From Nitrososphaeraceae archaeon (GTDB taxonomy: Archaea; Thermoproteota; Nitrososphaeria; Nitrososphaerales; Nitrososphaeraceae), in NCBI GenBank assembly GCA_035250975.1, contig DATFEP010000064.1, forward strand, positions 40,226-104,225: a stretch of DNA of 64,000 bases, written 5' to 3'. The notes beneath the pieces are model-generated. The model searched no databases. It saw only the letters and a program-made list of their open reading frames with translations, and was not told the origin of the DNA. Within the stretch, counting starts at the first letter, position 1. Each line of letters opens with the position of its first letter. Of the stretch, positions 52,136-62,705 are shown in pieces. Both the position numbers and the translations under genes were made by a program.

Positions 52136-53521
52136 TTGATGAAAAATTTTAGAAATACAAATGCTGAAAAGAAAAGGAAAAGAAAAGAAAACACAATAGT
52201 TGTCCCTACGCTAAGTCTAGCGATATTTTTCATACTGGGAACTTTATTGCCATCTATAAACATTGTACCTAATGCGTTTGGAGTAGATGAATCAGAAACA
52301 GAGTCGATAGAAATCAAATTTAACGAACCAACTATTACGGAAATAGATGATGTTGCTGTCGAAATAAATCCAGTCCAAGATAAAGAAACAGGATTGACTT
52401 CGCTCAACATGAAAGTTACGGACAAAGATACTAAATTACCATTAACTCATGTAGACTGGTTAATCTCAATAAAGGACCAGAATAACAAATTATATGAAAG
52501 TTCTACCCAACATTCACATGTAGGACTATATAATTTTGAATATGCATTAGACAAAGGTACATATAACATTTTAACTCAAGTAGCGTCTCTTGGTCCAAAA
52601 ATGATGGGAATGGAAGTACCTGGAATGGCTCAGACAAGAATATTAGAATCAGGTGATCCAATGGAAGGCTGGAAAACAGATCCAAACAAATTCTTTGGAT
52701 TTAAAAACGTCAATTTCATACTAGCTGTTGATAATGGTGTTGCAACAAATACTAGTGGTCAATTAGCACCAGAAACAGACACCAATTCACAAGACCCAAA
52801 CAAAAATTCCCAGATAACAGTTAGTTCTGAAACAGGAAAGAAAGTAAATGTAAAAGTAGTCACAGTTCCTGAAAAAATAGTTGCAGGTCAACCAGCAACT
52901 GTAGCATTAGATATAATGACTGAAAATGGTACGAGTATAACTCATCCTGACGGCTTGCTTACTGTATCCAAAGATGGATTCACTTTGTTAAAGTCCGCCG
53001 AAAAAGGAAATCCAATGATGCCAGTCAATGGTGCATTCCATGGACATACTGGACAATTAGCATTTAATGTAATATTTCCACAGGCTGGAGTTTACACTTT
53101 GGATGCTAAATTGAATTCACTTCCAGTTTCAAACGTAATGTTTGGCAATGTAGATACAAAGTTTGACCTAGGAGTCGTAGATGCTGCATCGTCATCAACA
53201 GAGCAAGTAGCTGGAACATCAAGCACAAATCCAAACCAAGTATCAATAATAGGTCAAGAACAACCATTTTACTCTCCAACGAATTTTGAAGTTAAAAAAG
53301 GTACTACATTAACTTTCAAAAATGACGATGCAATAGTACACGTAATAGCTAGTACAAATGACAAAATTGGAGCCACATCTCCGAATGCTGACGGAAAGTT
53401 TGATACAGGTATTCTAATGATGGGTCAAGAGAGTACGGGCATTACACTTGATGAACCTGGGACAATTAACTATTTCTGCACAGTACACCCGTTCATGCAG
53501 GGATCAATAACTGTCACATAA
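52136..53521 (+). CDS. Secreted copper protein: two His/Met-rich Ig-like domains plus C-terminal cupredoxin
   Basis: THVDW..QHSHVG, KMMGMEVPGM, THPDG..FHGHTG; HVI...YFCTVHPFM. Confidence 0.8.
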   Translation: MMKNFRNTNAEKKRKRKENTIVVPTLSLAIFFILGTLLPSINIVPNAFGVDESETESIEIKFNEPTITEIDDVAVEINPVQDKETGLTSLNMKVTDKDTKLPLTHVDWLISIKDQNNKLYESSTQHSHVGLYNFEYALDKGTYNILTQVASLGPKMMGMEVPGMAQTRILESGDPMEGWKTDPNKFFGFKNVNFILAVDNGVATNTSGQLAPETDTNSQDPNKNSQITVSSETGKKVNVKVVTVPEKIVAGQPATVALDIMTENGTSITHPDGLLTVSKDGFTLLKSAEKGNPMMPVNGAFHGHTGQLAFNVIFPQAGVYTLDAKLNSLPVSNVMFGNVDTKFDLGVVDAASSSTEQVAGTSSTNPNQVSIIGQEQPFYSPTNFEVKKGTTLTFKNDDAIVHVIASTNDKIGATSPNADGKFDTGILMMGQESTGITLDEPGTINYFCTVHPFMQGSITVT

Positions 53522-53522
53522 C

Positions 53523-53545
53523 AACTTCCCTTCTTTTTTTTATTT
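53523..53545 (+). terminator. Oligo-T terminator
   Basis: AACTTCCCTTCTTTTTTTTATT immediately after the stop; a similar tract follows the 59183 stop. Confidence 0.45.
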
Positions 53546-53560
53546 TAGAGATTAATTAAA

Positions 53561-54954
53561 ATGGTCAATAACATAATACAAACAATCAATCCTCCTATTA
53601 ATAAAGTTCTTGCCGAATATGAAGTTGAAGATGAACAAGATGTATCAGATATTATTGATAAATCTAAAAAAACATTTGATGGATGGAAAGATGACGTTCA
53701 TACTAGACGAGATGTATTATATACTGTTTCAAAGGAACTAAAAAAACACAGAGAAGAACTTGCTAAAATTGCCACAAACGAAATGAGTAAGCCAATAAAA
53801 GAGGCAAGGGCAGAAGTAGAAAAATGTGCTACTGCAAGGGAATTTTATGCATATAATGGAGAAATATACCTACATGAAGAATCTATCAATACAGATGCTA
53901 ATAAAAGCATAATAAAATTTGAACCTCTTGGTGTAATCGGAAGCATAATGCCTTGGAATTTTCCTTACTGGCAAGCATTGAGATTTGCTGCACCATGTTT
54001 AATGGCTGGAAATACAATTGTTCTCAAACCAGCTAGCAATACTATACAATGTGGTATCGAAATAGAAAAACTATTTCAGAAAGTAGGATTAGATAATGTT
54101 TTTCAGACACTGATAGGAAATTATCATGTTGCAGAATATCTTATAGATTCTAATGTTAACGGTATAACATTTACTGGAAGTGTAGATGTTGGTGCCAAAG
54201 TTGCAAAGAGAGCGACCGCTCAATTAAAAAAATGTGTTTTGGAGCTAGGTGGAAGCGACCCTTTTATAGTATGCAAAGACGCAGATGTGGAAAAAGCCTC
54301 AACAGGAGCTGTAAAGGGGCGATTTATAAATTGCGGCCAAAGTTGTATTGCATCAAAACGATTTTTTATTGTAAGAGAAATAGCTGATGAATTTATCGAA
54401 AAATTTGTCCAAAAAACAGAGAAATTAAGAATAGGAACCCAATGTCTGGAGAGACCGATATTGGTCCTCGGGTAAACTCAAAAAGTCTTGAGAATATAGA
54501 CGAACTTGTTAAAGATGCCTTAAATAATGGTGCAGAACTTGTTATTGGAGGTGAAAAAATAGAAAGTAAAGGATTTTTTTATAAACCGACAATATTAAAG
54601 AATATTTCTGATGGTTCTAGGATCGCAAAGGAAGAAACATTTGGACCTGTTGCCCCAATAACTATTGTAAATGATGAAATAGAAGCTATAGGACTGGCAA
54701 ATGACTCGCAATTCGGATTAGGCGCGAGCATATGGACTTATGACCTAGAAAAAGCGGAGAAACTAGCAAATTGGATGCAATCAGGCATAGTAACAGTGAA
54801 CAATGTCGTTATTTCCGATCCGAGAATCCCTTTCGGAGGAATCAAAAAGAGTGGTTTTGGAAGGGAACTTTCAAGATACGGTATGTTAGAATTTATAAAT
54901 GTTAAATCCATTAGGTTTTATGATGAGCTTGTAGTAAATCATTATGTGGAGTGA
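53561..54954 (+). pseudogene. NAD-dependent (succinate-semi)aldehyde dehydrogenase, split by a 1-nt deletion at ~54437
   Basis: PWNFP, FTGS, ELGG, GQSC in ORF1; EETFGP, PFGG.K.SG.GRE in ORF2; junction ATAGGAACCCAATG restores IGxPMSG with one added base. Confidence 0.8.
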
Positions 54955-54959
54955 TATAG

Positions 54960-56127
54960 ATGGCAAATCAAGGTTTGGAAAATGTCTTACTCCTACAAGG
55001 AGGAGGTTCATTGGGTGCTTTTGGTTGTGGAGTTTACAAAGCACTTGCAAAAAATAAAATTAATATAGATATTCTTGCTGGAACTTCAATCGGTGGAGTA
55101 AATGCAGCAATAATTGCTGGAAGCAAGAGTGACAGACCAGAAAAAACATTGGAAGAATTTTGGTTAGAACTTGGAGAAAATTCAATAAATTTAGACACTT
55201 ACTTTTCCCCATTGTCATCACTTATGGATTACGATTCCTTATCTAGTTACCTAAATTCAAAAGAAAACTGTTCAAATTATAGATCATTGTTATCGTTTTA
55301 TAGCTCGTCCTTTTATGGAAACAATGCAATGTTTCTACCTCATGGAGATCGGATTTGACACCTAATTCATCAGATTCTATTGATCCTATACATTGGACAT
55401 ATGTGTACGACAATTCACCTTTAGAAAGGACTCTAGAAAAATACGTTGACTATGAGAAGCTGAATCCTACAGGAAAACCAAATGGGCGTCTAATAATCAC
55501 TGCTGTAAATGTATTAACAGCTGAACCATTAACATTTGATAGTTCTAAACAAAAAATCACATCCAAACATATACTCGCTACGTCTGGATATCCTTTCTAT
55601 TTTTTACCCTGGACCGAAGTAGAAAAAGATGTGTATGCCTGGGATGGCGGTCTTTTAAGTAACACACCTTTGAGAGAAGTAATAGATGCATCTCCTGTTA
55701 ATAATAAACAAGTATTCCTAGTTGAGAATTACCCGAAAAATATAGAAAAGCTGCCCGAAAATATACCAGATGTTTTACACAGGGCACGGGATATAGTATT
55801 TAGCGATAAAACTATTCATAACATAAAGATGTCAAAAGTGATAACAAGATACCTTGAATTTATAGATGAACTCTATAATATAATAGACAAAAATATAGAC
55901 AAAGAAAAACTAGATAAAGACAAAATGAGACAAATAGACTTAAAGTACAATAAGTTTTGTTGTGAACACGGGGCTGAGATTAAAAAAATATATTATATAA
56001 CTAGAAATGAAGATTTCCTCATATCTATGAAAATGCTGATTTTTCAATAGAAACTATAAAAGATTCTATTAAAGAAGGTGAAGTAAAAACAAATGAAGTG
56101 ATCCATAACATGAAGAAATCACAATAG
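54960..56127 (+). pseudogene. Patatin-like phospholipase, two 1-nt frameshifts (~55340, ~56015)
   Basis: LQGGGSLG, GTSIG, DGG motifs; adding one base at each junction gives FLPxWRSD and DFPHIYENADFS...KKSQ-stop at 56127. Confidence 0.8.
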
Positions 56128-56324
56128 ACAGATTTTTTTGCTATATTATTCAAATTGTAAAAACCTAATAGATTATTAAAAATAGAGTTGTTCAAACTTA
56201 ACATTCATGAACTAAATCATTCTCATATAAATACTGCATAATAAGGTCTAAATTTAAAAGATTAGTGTATTTTATAACTTTGTGTTCTTTAAATTTTTAT
56301 TTTTGAATGTGATTATTAATAAAT

Positions 56325-56444
56325 ATGAAATGTGCAGATTGTAATTGTTATCCAGAAGAATGCATTAAAAGCAAATCACCTACGGAGTGTCCAAATTGCA
56401 GTTTAGAAATCTGTTGTTGTTGGAGTACAATCAAAGAAATTTGA
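56325..56444 (+). CDS. Metallothionein-like Cys-rich peptide (39 aa, 9 Cys)
   Basis: MKCADCNCYPEECIKSKSPTECPNCSLEICCCWSTIKEI; AT-rich TATA-like tract upstream, T-rich tract downstream. Confidence 0.65.
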   Translation: MKCADCNCYPEECIKSKSPTECPNCSLEICCCWSTIKEI

Positions 56445-56541
56445 AGAAATTTTTCTTTTTCTCTTTGTACTTCATAAATAAATATTTTTTCTAAAATAAA
56501 AACGATTTACTTGCAAATTAATAGATCACCAAAATATTAAA

Positions 56542-56574
56542 TTTAAACATTCAAATAAAACTTTAATGGTTAAA
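56542..56574 (+). promoter_or_regulatory. Tandem operator pair upstream of the TATA box
   Basis: TTTAAACATTCAA-N7-TTTAATGGTTAAA-N7-TTTAAATA. Confidence 0.7.
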
Positions 56575-56611
56575 AATGAGGTTTAAATAGCATCTTTATT
56601 CTTCCAGTTTT

Positions 56612-57346
56612 ATGAATACGCTTCGAAAAAAGAAGGATATAAAGAAAAGCAATTATTTTTCCAATTCAAATTTAAAAATTTTTCTTTTATTTTTATTTGG
56701 AATTGGTATTAGTACGATTTTTTTCCAATTTAATTACCCTATTTTTGTATCTGCTCAGGAACTTAATAACAACGAACTTTCTCGGGAAAATCTTTTAAAA
56801 AACATATCTCCAGTATTAGGAAACCCTGATGCACCTATAACTATATTGGATTTTAGTGATTTTCAATGTCCAAATTGTGGTAGATATGTAAAGAATACAG
56901 AACCACTAATAAATGAAACATATATACAGACTGGTAAAGTAAGTCTAGTATACAAGTACTTCCCGGTTGTCGGTTTTGATTCAATCAATGCCGCTCTTGG
57001 AGGTCAATGTGCGCAGGAACAAGGTAAATTCTGGGAGTTTCATGAATTGTTGTTTGCAAATCAGAAATCAATTGATTCTGGTTGGGTAAGTAAGGATAAT
57101 TTAAAGAATTTTGCAGCACAAATTTCAGGCTTAGATATACAGAAATTCGCAGAGTGTTTAGATGATGAACTCTATATCGATCACATTAACTTGGATTTGG
57201 AAATGGCTAAAAAATTCCAATTTAGGGGAACTCCCTCTTTTATAATTGTAAAAAGTGATGGTACAGATATCGATGTTCTAACAGGCGCTCATCCGTTTCC
57301 TTCATTTGTAGCTATAATAGAGGATAAATTAAAGGATAAACAATAA
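56612..57346 (+). CDS. DsbA/BdbD-like thiol-disulfide oxidoreductase
   Basis: GNPDAPITI..FSDFQCPNC, QGKFWEFH, GTPSF; N-terminal TM. Confidence 0.9.
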   Translation: MNTLRKKKDIKKSNYFSNSNLKIFLLFLFGIGISTIFFQFNYPIFVSAQELNNNELSRENLLKNISPVLGNPDAPITILDFSDFQCPNCGRYVKNTEPLINETYIQTGKVSLVYKYFPVVGFDSINAALGGQCAQEQGKFWEFHELLFANQKSIDSGWVSKDNLKNFAAQISGLDIQKFAECLDDELYIDHINLDLEMAKKFQFRGTPSFIIVKSDGTDIDVLTGAHPFPSFVAIIEDKLKDKQ

Positions 57347-57363
57347 TATGCATTATTACAGGA

Positions 57364-57879
57364 TTGAATATGAAAATGAATACTAATATCTTTTTTCTCT
57401 CTTCTTTCAGAATCGTTTTCTGTAATCCATTCTATATTATCATATCTATATTGGCCACAACTTTTTTCTGGATTATACTAAATGTTACTGGAGAATTACT
57501 CTTTTTTTCTCCTGTTTGGACTTTCTATCTTCCTGAAGATGCAATATTCAGTTTTATTCTTACAAATGTTATAGCAGTGCTTGTTGGAATAGTTGTAAGT
57601 ATGAATATTTACATAATAAGAAATTCCAAATTAAAACTAAGTAGATCTTTATTCTCTGGCACATCAATAGGATTGATATCCAGTGCTTGTGCTAGTTGTT
57701 CATCAATAGGGTTTGCTTTGGTTTCCACCCTTGGCGGAGTTGGAATTTTAATTTCAAACTTTTTCTCTATTTATGAAATTCCAATACGAATAATTTCTAT
57801 TTTCATTTTGATATATGCATTATATTCATTACATAATAAAATAACCAAAAATTGTCTGCTAGACTTCAAAGTGAAATAA
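57364..57879 (+). CDS. 4-TM membrane protein with CxxC
   Basis: Hydrophobic; SSACASC plus a C-terminal Cys; co-oriented 17 bp after the DsbA-like gene. Confidence 0.75.
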   Translation: MNMKMNTNIFFLSSFRIVFCNPFYIIISILATTFFWIILNVTGELLFFSPVWTFYLPEDAIFSFILTNVIAVLVGIVVSMNIYIIRNSKLKLSRSLFSGTSIGLISSACASCSSIGFALVSTLGGVGILISNFFSIYEIPIRIISIFILIYALYSLHNKITKNCLLDFKVK

Positions 57880-57881
57880 AC

Positions 57882-58319
57882 TAATTCTTTTTGATACCAA
57901 TATTAAACTTACTAACAACAATACCGTGAATGGTCATATCTGCTTGGCTCCATTAATGAAAAGCCTTCACAATCTATATGATGGAATTTATCGATACTCT
58001 ACCTTCAATAATACTATAGCCCATCTGAATAGTTCGAATAATTTCTGCATCAGTAAGTGATTTACTACTAAATTTACAAATATACATTTTTTCTAAAACA
58101 AATTCTCTCAAATTTTTTATAGATTTCGAAGAGATCAAAAAATTCGTTGTCGATTATAAAATCACAAGAATCGAAATAACCCAGAGTACACCAAACTGTT
58201 TTGAATTTAGGCTGAAGCGCTTCATCAAATATTTGATCCAGTTTCTCTTTAAGATATTTGGCAAGACAAAAGTACTCTATCATTCTGAATTATTGACCAC
58301 AAGAAAAACAGAAAATCAT
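57882..58319 (-). pseudogene. Disrupted hypothetical gene with N-terminal zinc-ribbon remnant
   Basis: MIFCFSCGQ-stop-FRMIEYFC is in frame with the 58074-58283 ORF; further broken frames follow downstream. Confidence 0.3.
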
Positions 58320-58383
58320 GTTAAGGTATAAAGTGAAATCTTGGTACTGCAACAAACAATTAGTCAAATCTAATATGTATTAG

Positions 58384-58545
58384 ATGAATGATAAAAAATC
58401 TATAGTAACTCACGATTCAAAAAATACCGATGTTTTCGCCCAACAGCAAGAACAAGAACAACATCAAGACCAAATTAAAAATTCAGAACATCAAAAAGAA
58501 AAAGATTGCGACAATAAAAATGGTAACAATAAACAAAAGGGTTAA
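58384..58545 (+). CDS. Possible small hydrophilic Q/K/N-rich ORF (53 aa)
   Basis: MNDKKSIVTHDSKNTDVFAQQQEQEQHQDQ...KQKG-stop. Confidence 0.3.
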   Translation: MNDKKSIVTHDSKNTDVFAQQQEQEQHQDQIKNSEHQKEKDCDNKNGNNKQKG

Positions 58546-58805
58546 ACAAAGTTCCTCGAACAATTTTTTTGAAAATAAATATATATGATAGTAAGTACAT
58601 TTTTAAGATTTATTTTTACACTGTTTCCCGTAATAGGTACAGACACGTATCGTCTTTTTTCTCCTTGATGGGTAATGCTTTAAATTTATTGCTTAGATCT
58701 TATGCTAAAAAAATAAACAATATATTGTTAACTAATCGAAATTAGAAAGATTTATAGATCACAAACTTTTATAAGGTATGCCCTCTTTAATTTATCGAAA
58801 ATCAC

Positions 58806-59183
58806 ATGACAAACATATTATTATTTGTAACGGTCGCGGCCTTATTTACTACAATTTTGGGATCCAATCTTGGAATTCATTATGCATCTGCACAAGAAGC
58901 AGTATCCATTGCTCCAGGATCTTCTAACCCAAGCGCAAGTCAATTTTATGTTCCACCTGAAATCACCGTATCTTCAGGCACTACTGTAACATGGACAAAT
59001 GATGATGCTACTATTCATACAGTAACAGAAGGAACCCCTGGTGGCGCAGGTGCAACACCCTCATTTGATTCCAGTATAATTTCTCCAGGTGCTACATGGG
59101 AACATACATTTGATACAGCAGGAGAATTTGACTACTACTGTACTTTACATCCATTCATGACGGGTAAAGTAATAGTAAAGTAA
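58806..59183 (+). CDS. Plastocyanin-like blue copper protein
   Basis: Signal peptide; WTNDD..HTVT..FDSS..YYCTLHPFMTG. Confidence 0.92.
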   Translation: MTNILLFVTVAALFTTILGSNLGIHYASAQEAVSIAPGSSNPSASQFYVPPEITVSSGTTVTWTNDDATIHTVTEGTPGGAGATPSFDSSIISPGATWEHTFDTAGEFDYYCTLHPFMTGKVIVK

Positions 59184-59321
59184 ACTTTCCTTTTTTTATT
59201 CTAAATTAAGGTTTAAGGATAATTTTAGTAATATATCCCTTAAAATAATTATTAAATTTGTTTGTTTAGTCGTTATTACAGTAACATAATTATTACCTAT
59301 TTTATGACAGTATAAAAAAAT

Positions 59322-60839
59322 TTAGGAAATAATATTTTTTCCTATTATTTCTATTTTTTTATCTCCTTTTGGAATAAATACAGAGATTTCTCTTGAGGTA
59401 TCCTGTACTTCTTGTCCTCCTTCGCCAATTATTACTTTTCTTAATGTTTCTTTGAATTCTGTTTTTACCCCATCTATCAGAACAGTGAATTTAATGTCTG
59501 TTACATTTCCTAATGCTACCTGTCCGGGTTCAGCAATAGAATCTAAAACTGTTTTTGGTATTTTTATTTGCAAATTTCCTCCATCTGGTGATGTTACTTG
59601 CATTGTTAGGCTCTTATTTCCAGTATTTAGAAAAGCAAATTTTGTTAAATTATAGATATTATCTGCAATGTTCATCAATATTGGATTTACAGGTTTAACA
59701 TCTTGACCATGTACTACAATGTTATCCACAAATAAGATTGGAGGTTCCTGTGTTACAACTGGTATGCTAAGAGCATATGATTCTGGCCCCATAACCAAAA
59801 TATTATCAGAAAATTTTATGGAAGAATATAACTTATGAGAACTAGAATCGGCAACTATATCACTTGGTATTTTACCATCTAGTTCTATTACTCTCTCGAT
59901 TTCATTATTATTTCCATTAATCTTTAGTATTTTATCATCATCATCAAATGTTACATATATTTTGTGTTCATTAGTATCTATTGCTATTGATTGACCTTCA
60001 AGACCAATAGATATTTTCTCTACTAATTTCTGATTTTGATTATCTACAACAGCAACATATACACTACCATGATTAGCAATGTATGCAAGACTTTTAGCAC
60101 TATCTATACCAATACCCCAAGGAGAAATACCTGTATCTACTGTTCCTGTTATCTCATTTGTATCTCCTGAAATAAACGTCAACTTTTTGGAAGCAAAACT
60201 TGTAACTAAAACCTTATTGCTAAGGGAATCTACCTTTACATCTATAGGATGTGCAGAAACATTTATTGTTTCTACTATTGCATCATTATTTTTAGTATCT
60301 ATTACTATTACCTCATCAGTATTATAATTTGCTACATATAACATCTCATTATTAGGATTATATTCAAGAGACGATCCTCCAGTAATCACTGTTGAAGTAA
60401 CCAATGCAGTATCTGCCAATCTCTTTGGAAATTCTATAGTAGAACCGGGAATAGGAATTTTCTTTATCAACTCTTTAGTTGTAAGATCATATACTTCTAT
60501 TTCGCCAGTTTGAAACGTAGCAACATAAACTTTATTTTTATCAAGAACACCTTCAACATCAATTACCCCAGATGATGTATCAATAGTTCCCACTACATTA
60601 TCCGAAACACTACTAATAATAGAGATTAGTGGTTTGCCTAAATTCGATACGAACAATAACGGTTCATCTAAAGAAATTTTCATTGGCCTTTCAGTTACTG
60701 CAATTTCTTTTAATATGTGATGAGCATATGTGTTTTGAAATGGAAGAAGGAAAAAAGTATTTACTGCAAAAATTCCTATGATGATTGAAGATGTTAACAG
60801 AATTGTATTTGTATTTGTATTAGTCACTTTTAGTATCAA
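59322..60839 (-). CDS. Secreted YVTN/YncE beta-propeller protein with C-terminal thaumarchaeal surface domain
   Basis: Repeats LYVAN/AYIAN/IYVT; C-terminal IPKTVLD..F.VLIDG..IEIIG. Confidence 0.8.
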   Translation of the reverse strand: MILKVTNTNTNTILLTSSIIIGIFAVNTFFLLPFQNTYAHHILKEIAVTERPMKISLDEPLLFVSNLGKPLISIISSVSDNVVGTIDTSSGVIDVEGVLDKNKVYVATFQTGEIEVYDLTTKELIKKIPIPGSTIEFPKRLADTALVTSTVITGGSSLEYNPNNEMLYVANYNTDEVIVIDTKNNDAIVETINVSAHPIDVKVDSLSNKVLVTSFASKKLTFISGDTNEITGTVDTGISPWGIGIDSAKSLAYIANHGSVYVAVVDNQNQKLVEKISIGLEGQSIAIDTNEHKIYVTFDDDDKILKINGNNNEIERVIELDGKIPSDIVADSSSHKLYSSIKFSDNILVMGPESYALSIPVVTQEPPILFVDNIVVHGQDVKPVNPILMNIADNIYNLTKFAFLNTGNKSLTMQVTSPDGGNLQIKIPKTVLDSIAEPGQVALGNVTDIKFTVLIDGVKTEFKETLRKVIIGEGGQEVQDTSREISVFIPKGDKKIEIIGKNIIS

Positions 60840-61319
60840 TAAATAAAATAAATATTTGAAGTATTTGAGTATGATCTTTTAGACTATACATTTGTATTAT
60901 TTGTAATTCAATTGATCTAGAAATCTAATATCTATTTTGAATAAAAAAGGAAGACTTAATAATTATAATTTTCATGTTACATTAATGGATGCGCCTTCCC
61001 ATACAAAAAATAGTAGTTCTTGCGCTGCCATGATGAACAACATAAAAAAAATGTAAATCATAGACATATTGGAGATGAGTGTGTTCACGAAGACGGTACA
61101 AGACACAAATTGCATCAGCATTAGTTAGTCTATTTAACGAATTTTTATTTTAAAGTAAAAATTATAGTTGGGAGATGAAAATAATAGATCAAAAAGAAGG
61201 TGAAAAAATATATTTGATTAACAGTTATATTATAAGATTACCAATATTTATACGTATAATATCATTTATTACCTACTTTTTTAAAAAAAAAGTTGTTTTA
61301 GGTTATCATTATTTTCTCG

Positions 61320-62030
61320 TTAGTAATCCAGACTCTGATTAAAACTTCCCATATGAGTCTCAGGAGTTGCAGATTTATTGACCATATCCGGATGTTGGAC
61401 TATTGGGACTTGTGGTGGGAAAGCGGGCAGTTTATCATTTGGATCCCATGTCAGTATCACCTTGCCATATGAATCCTCTATCATTTTTAACACTTTTTTC
61501 TCATCCTCTGCAGATAGCATAGGAAAGTGTGGATCGGCTCTATTTGGAGCAAATTCAGTAACATGATAGTGCCAATATGGTTTTTCTCTTTCTGGAAGTT
61601 TTTTATAATCTTCTGGTGTTATCATGTATTCTATTCCTATTAAAGTAGCATTCTTTTGATTAGTATCAAATAATGTACAAACAGCCATTATACTGTGATG
61701 AGGAGTACAATAATGCCAAACTCTCAAAGTAGGATCATCAAATACGTGTCTGACGGCGGTTAATGGACCTGCTTTGACTACTGGGTTTGTTGCATTAGCA
61801 GATGTTTCTGGTGGTTGTGGCTGTGCAAATACTTTTGTATCAAATTCTATTTCTCCTGCTATCAAGGCTAATGAAACCCCTAAAACGCTCAAAATGAATG
61901 CAGTATATACGTAATACCTTATCATTAAATTGGTTTTTAATTTCTCGTATTTATACAATTGTATTAGCTTGTGTTCTTTAGTACACACAATACCACAATA
62001 TTTATTTGAAAAAAATAAATCATGGTGCAT
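61320..62030 (-). CDS. DUF1264/OBAP family protein (true start probably MIRYY)
   Basis: HYC...CTLFD..A.LIGIEYMI...LP..E..YWHYH..E...YGK...W. Confidence 0.78.
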   Translation of the reverse strand: MHHDLFFSNKYCGIVCTKEHKLIQLYKYEKLKTNLMIRYYVYTAFILSVLGVSLALIAGEIEFDTKVFAQPQPPETSANATNPVVKAGPLTAVRHVFDDPTLRVWHYCTPHHSIMAVCTLFDTNQKNATLIGIEYMITPEDYKKLPEREKPYWHYHVTEFAPNRADPHFPMLSAEDEKKVLKMIEDSYGKVILTWDPNDKLPAFPPQVPIVQHPDMVNKSATPETHMGSFNQSLDY

Positions 62031-62360
62031 CTATCTTTGACTTGGACTACCATCACATTTAGAATCAATAAAAAAATATGATGATTATCATTTCTAAAAT
62101 ATATTTTTAATGTGGTAAACTAATAAGAATTAGTTTTATAAAAGAATAAGTTCAAATTATTATTATAGAATCACCTACTTCGAAGAATAATTTTCATAAT
62201 TTCAATCTAGTACAACAAAATAAAATTTCCATTTTCATTCTTTAAAGATAATGATAAATAAGTATGTCTAATTCTTGAAATTTTTATTAAAAATATCACT
62301 GGTGGAAAAATGAGAAATCTAATAATTTAAGACTGATAAAAAATGAAAAAAATGAGAAAT

Positions 62361-62705
62361 TTATTTATCAGTCGGTCCTGTCATCATACCAGTTTTATTC
62401 ATCTGTTTCATCATTTTCTGCATCTGCATCGGTTTTTGATCCATCATACCAGTTTTATTCATCTGTTTCATCATTTTCTGCATCTGCATCGGTTTTTGAT
62501 CCGTCATCATATTCTGATTCTGTGTTTCCATCGTGTTATTCATTTGGTCTTTCATAACTTGAGGATTTGCAAATACTGATTGTATGTCTTTATAACTACC
62601 AAGAAAAACTATTGCACTAAATACAGATATGATAAAAAAAAGAATAAAGTATTTGCCATTCTTGTTATTAAAATTGATATTCATTAAATTGACAAAAGCA
62701 AGCAT
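62361..62705 (-). CDS. Secreted Met/Gln-rich repeat protein
   Basis: Signal peptide, then two copies of DQKPMQMQKMMKQMNKTGMM. Confidence 0.65.
   Translation of the reverse strand: MLAFVNLMNINFNNKNGKYFILFFIISVFSAIVFLGSYKDIQSVFANPQVMKDQMNNTMETQNQNMMTDQKPMQMQKMMKQMNKTGMMDQKPMQMQKMMKQMNKTGMMTGPTDK
62382..62501. repeat. Perfect tandem direct repeat, 2 x 60 bp
   Basis: catcataccagttttattcatctgtttcatcattttctgcatctgcatcggtttttgatc twice. Confidence 0.95.

Noticed and set aside
54400-54480. Programmed frameshift in the ALDH gene
   Set aside because: No slippery heptamer or stimulatory structure at the junction; further indels nearby favour decay or sequencing error
58716-58729. Palindrome AACAATATATTGTT upstream of the plastocyanin gene as a regulon site
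   Set aside because: Does not fit the 13-bp tandem consensus or the spacing to the TATA box
3611-60327. Many short ORFs nested antisense within recognised genes (e.g. 3611, 8836, 19650, 31441, 40309, 46169, 60079)
   Set aside because: They overlap confidently identified genes on the other strand and have no motifs
62382-62501. Repeat as a possible CRISPR array
   Set aside because: No spacers; in-frame coding tandem repeat; no cas genes
62343-62579. His-rich plus-strand ORF
   Set aside because: Antisense shadow of the Met-rich gene (ATG read as CAT)
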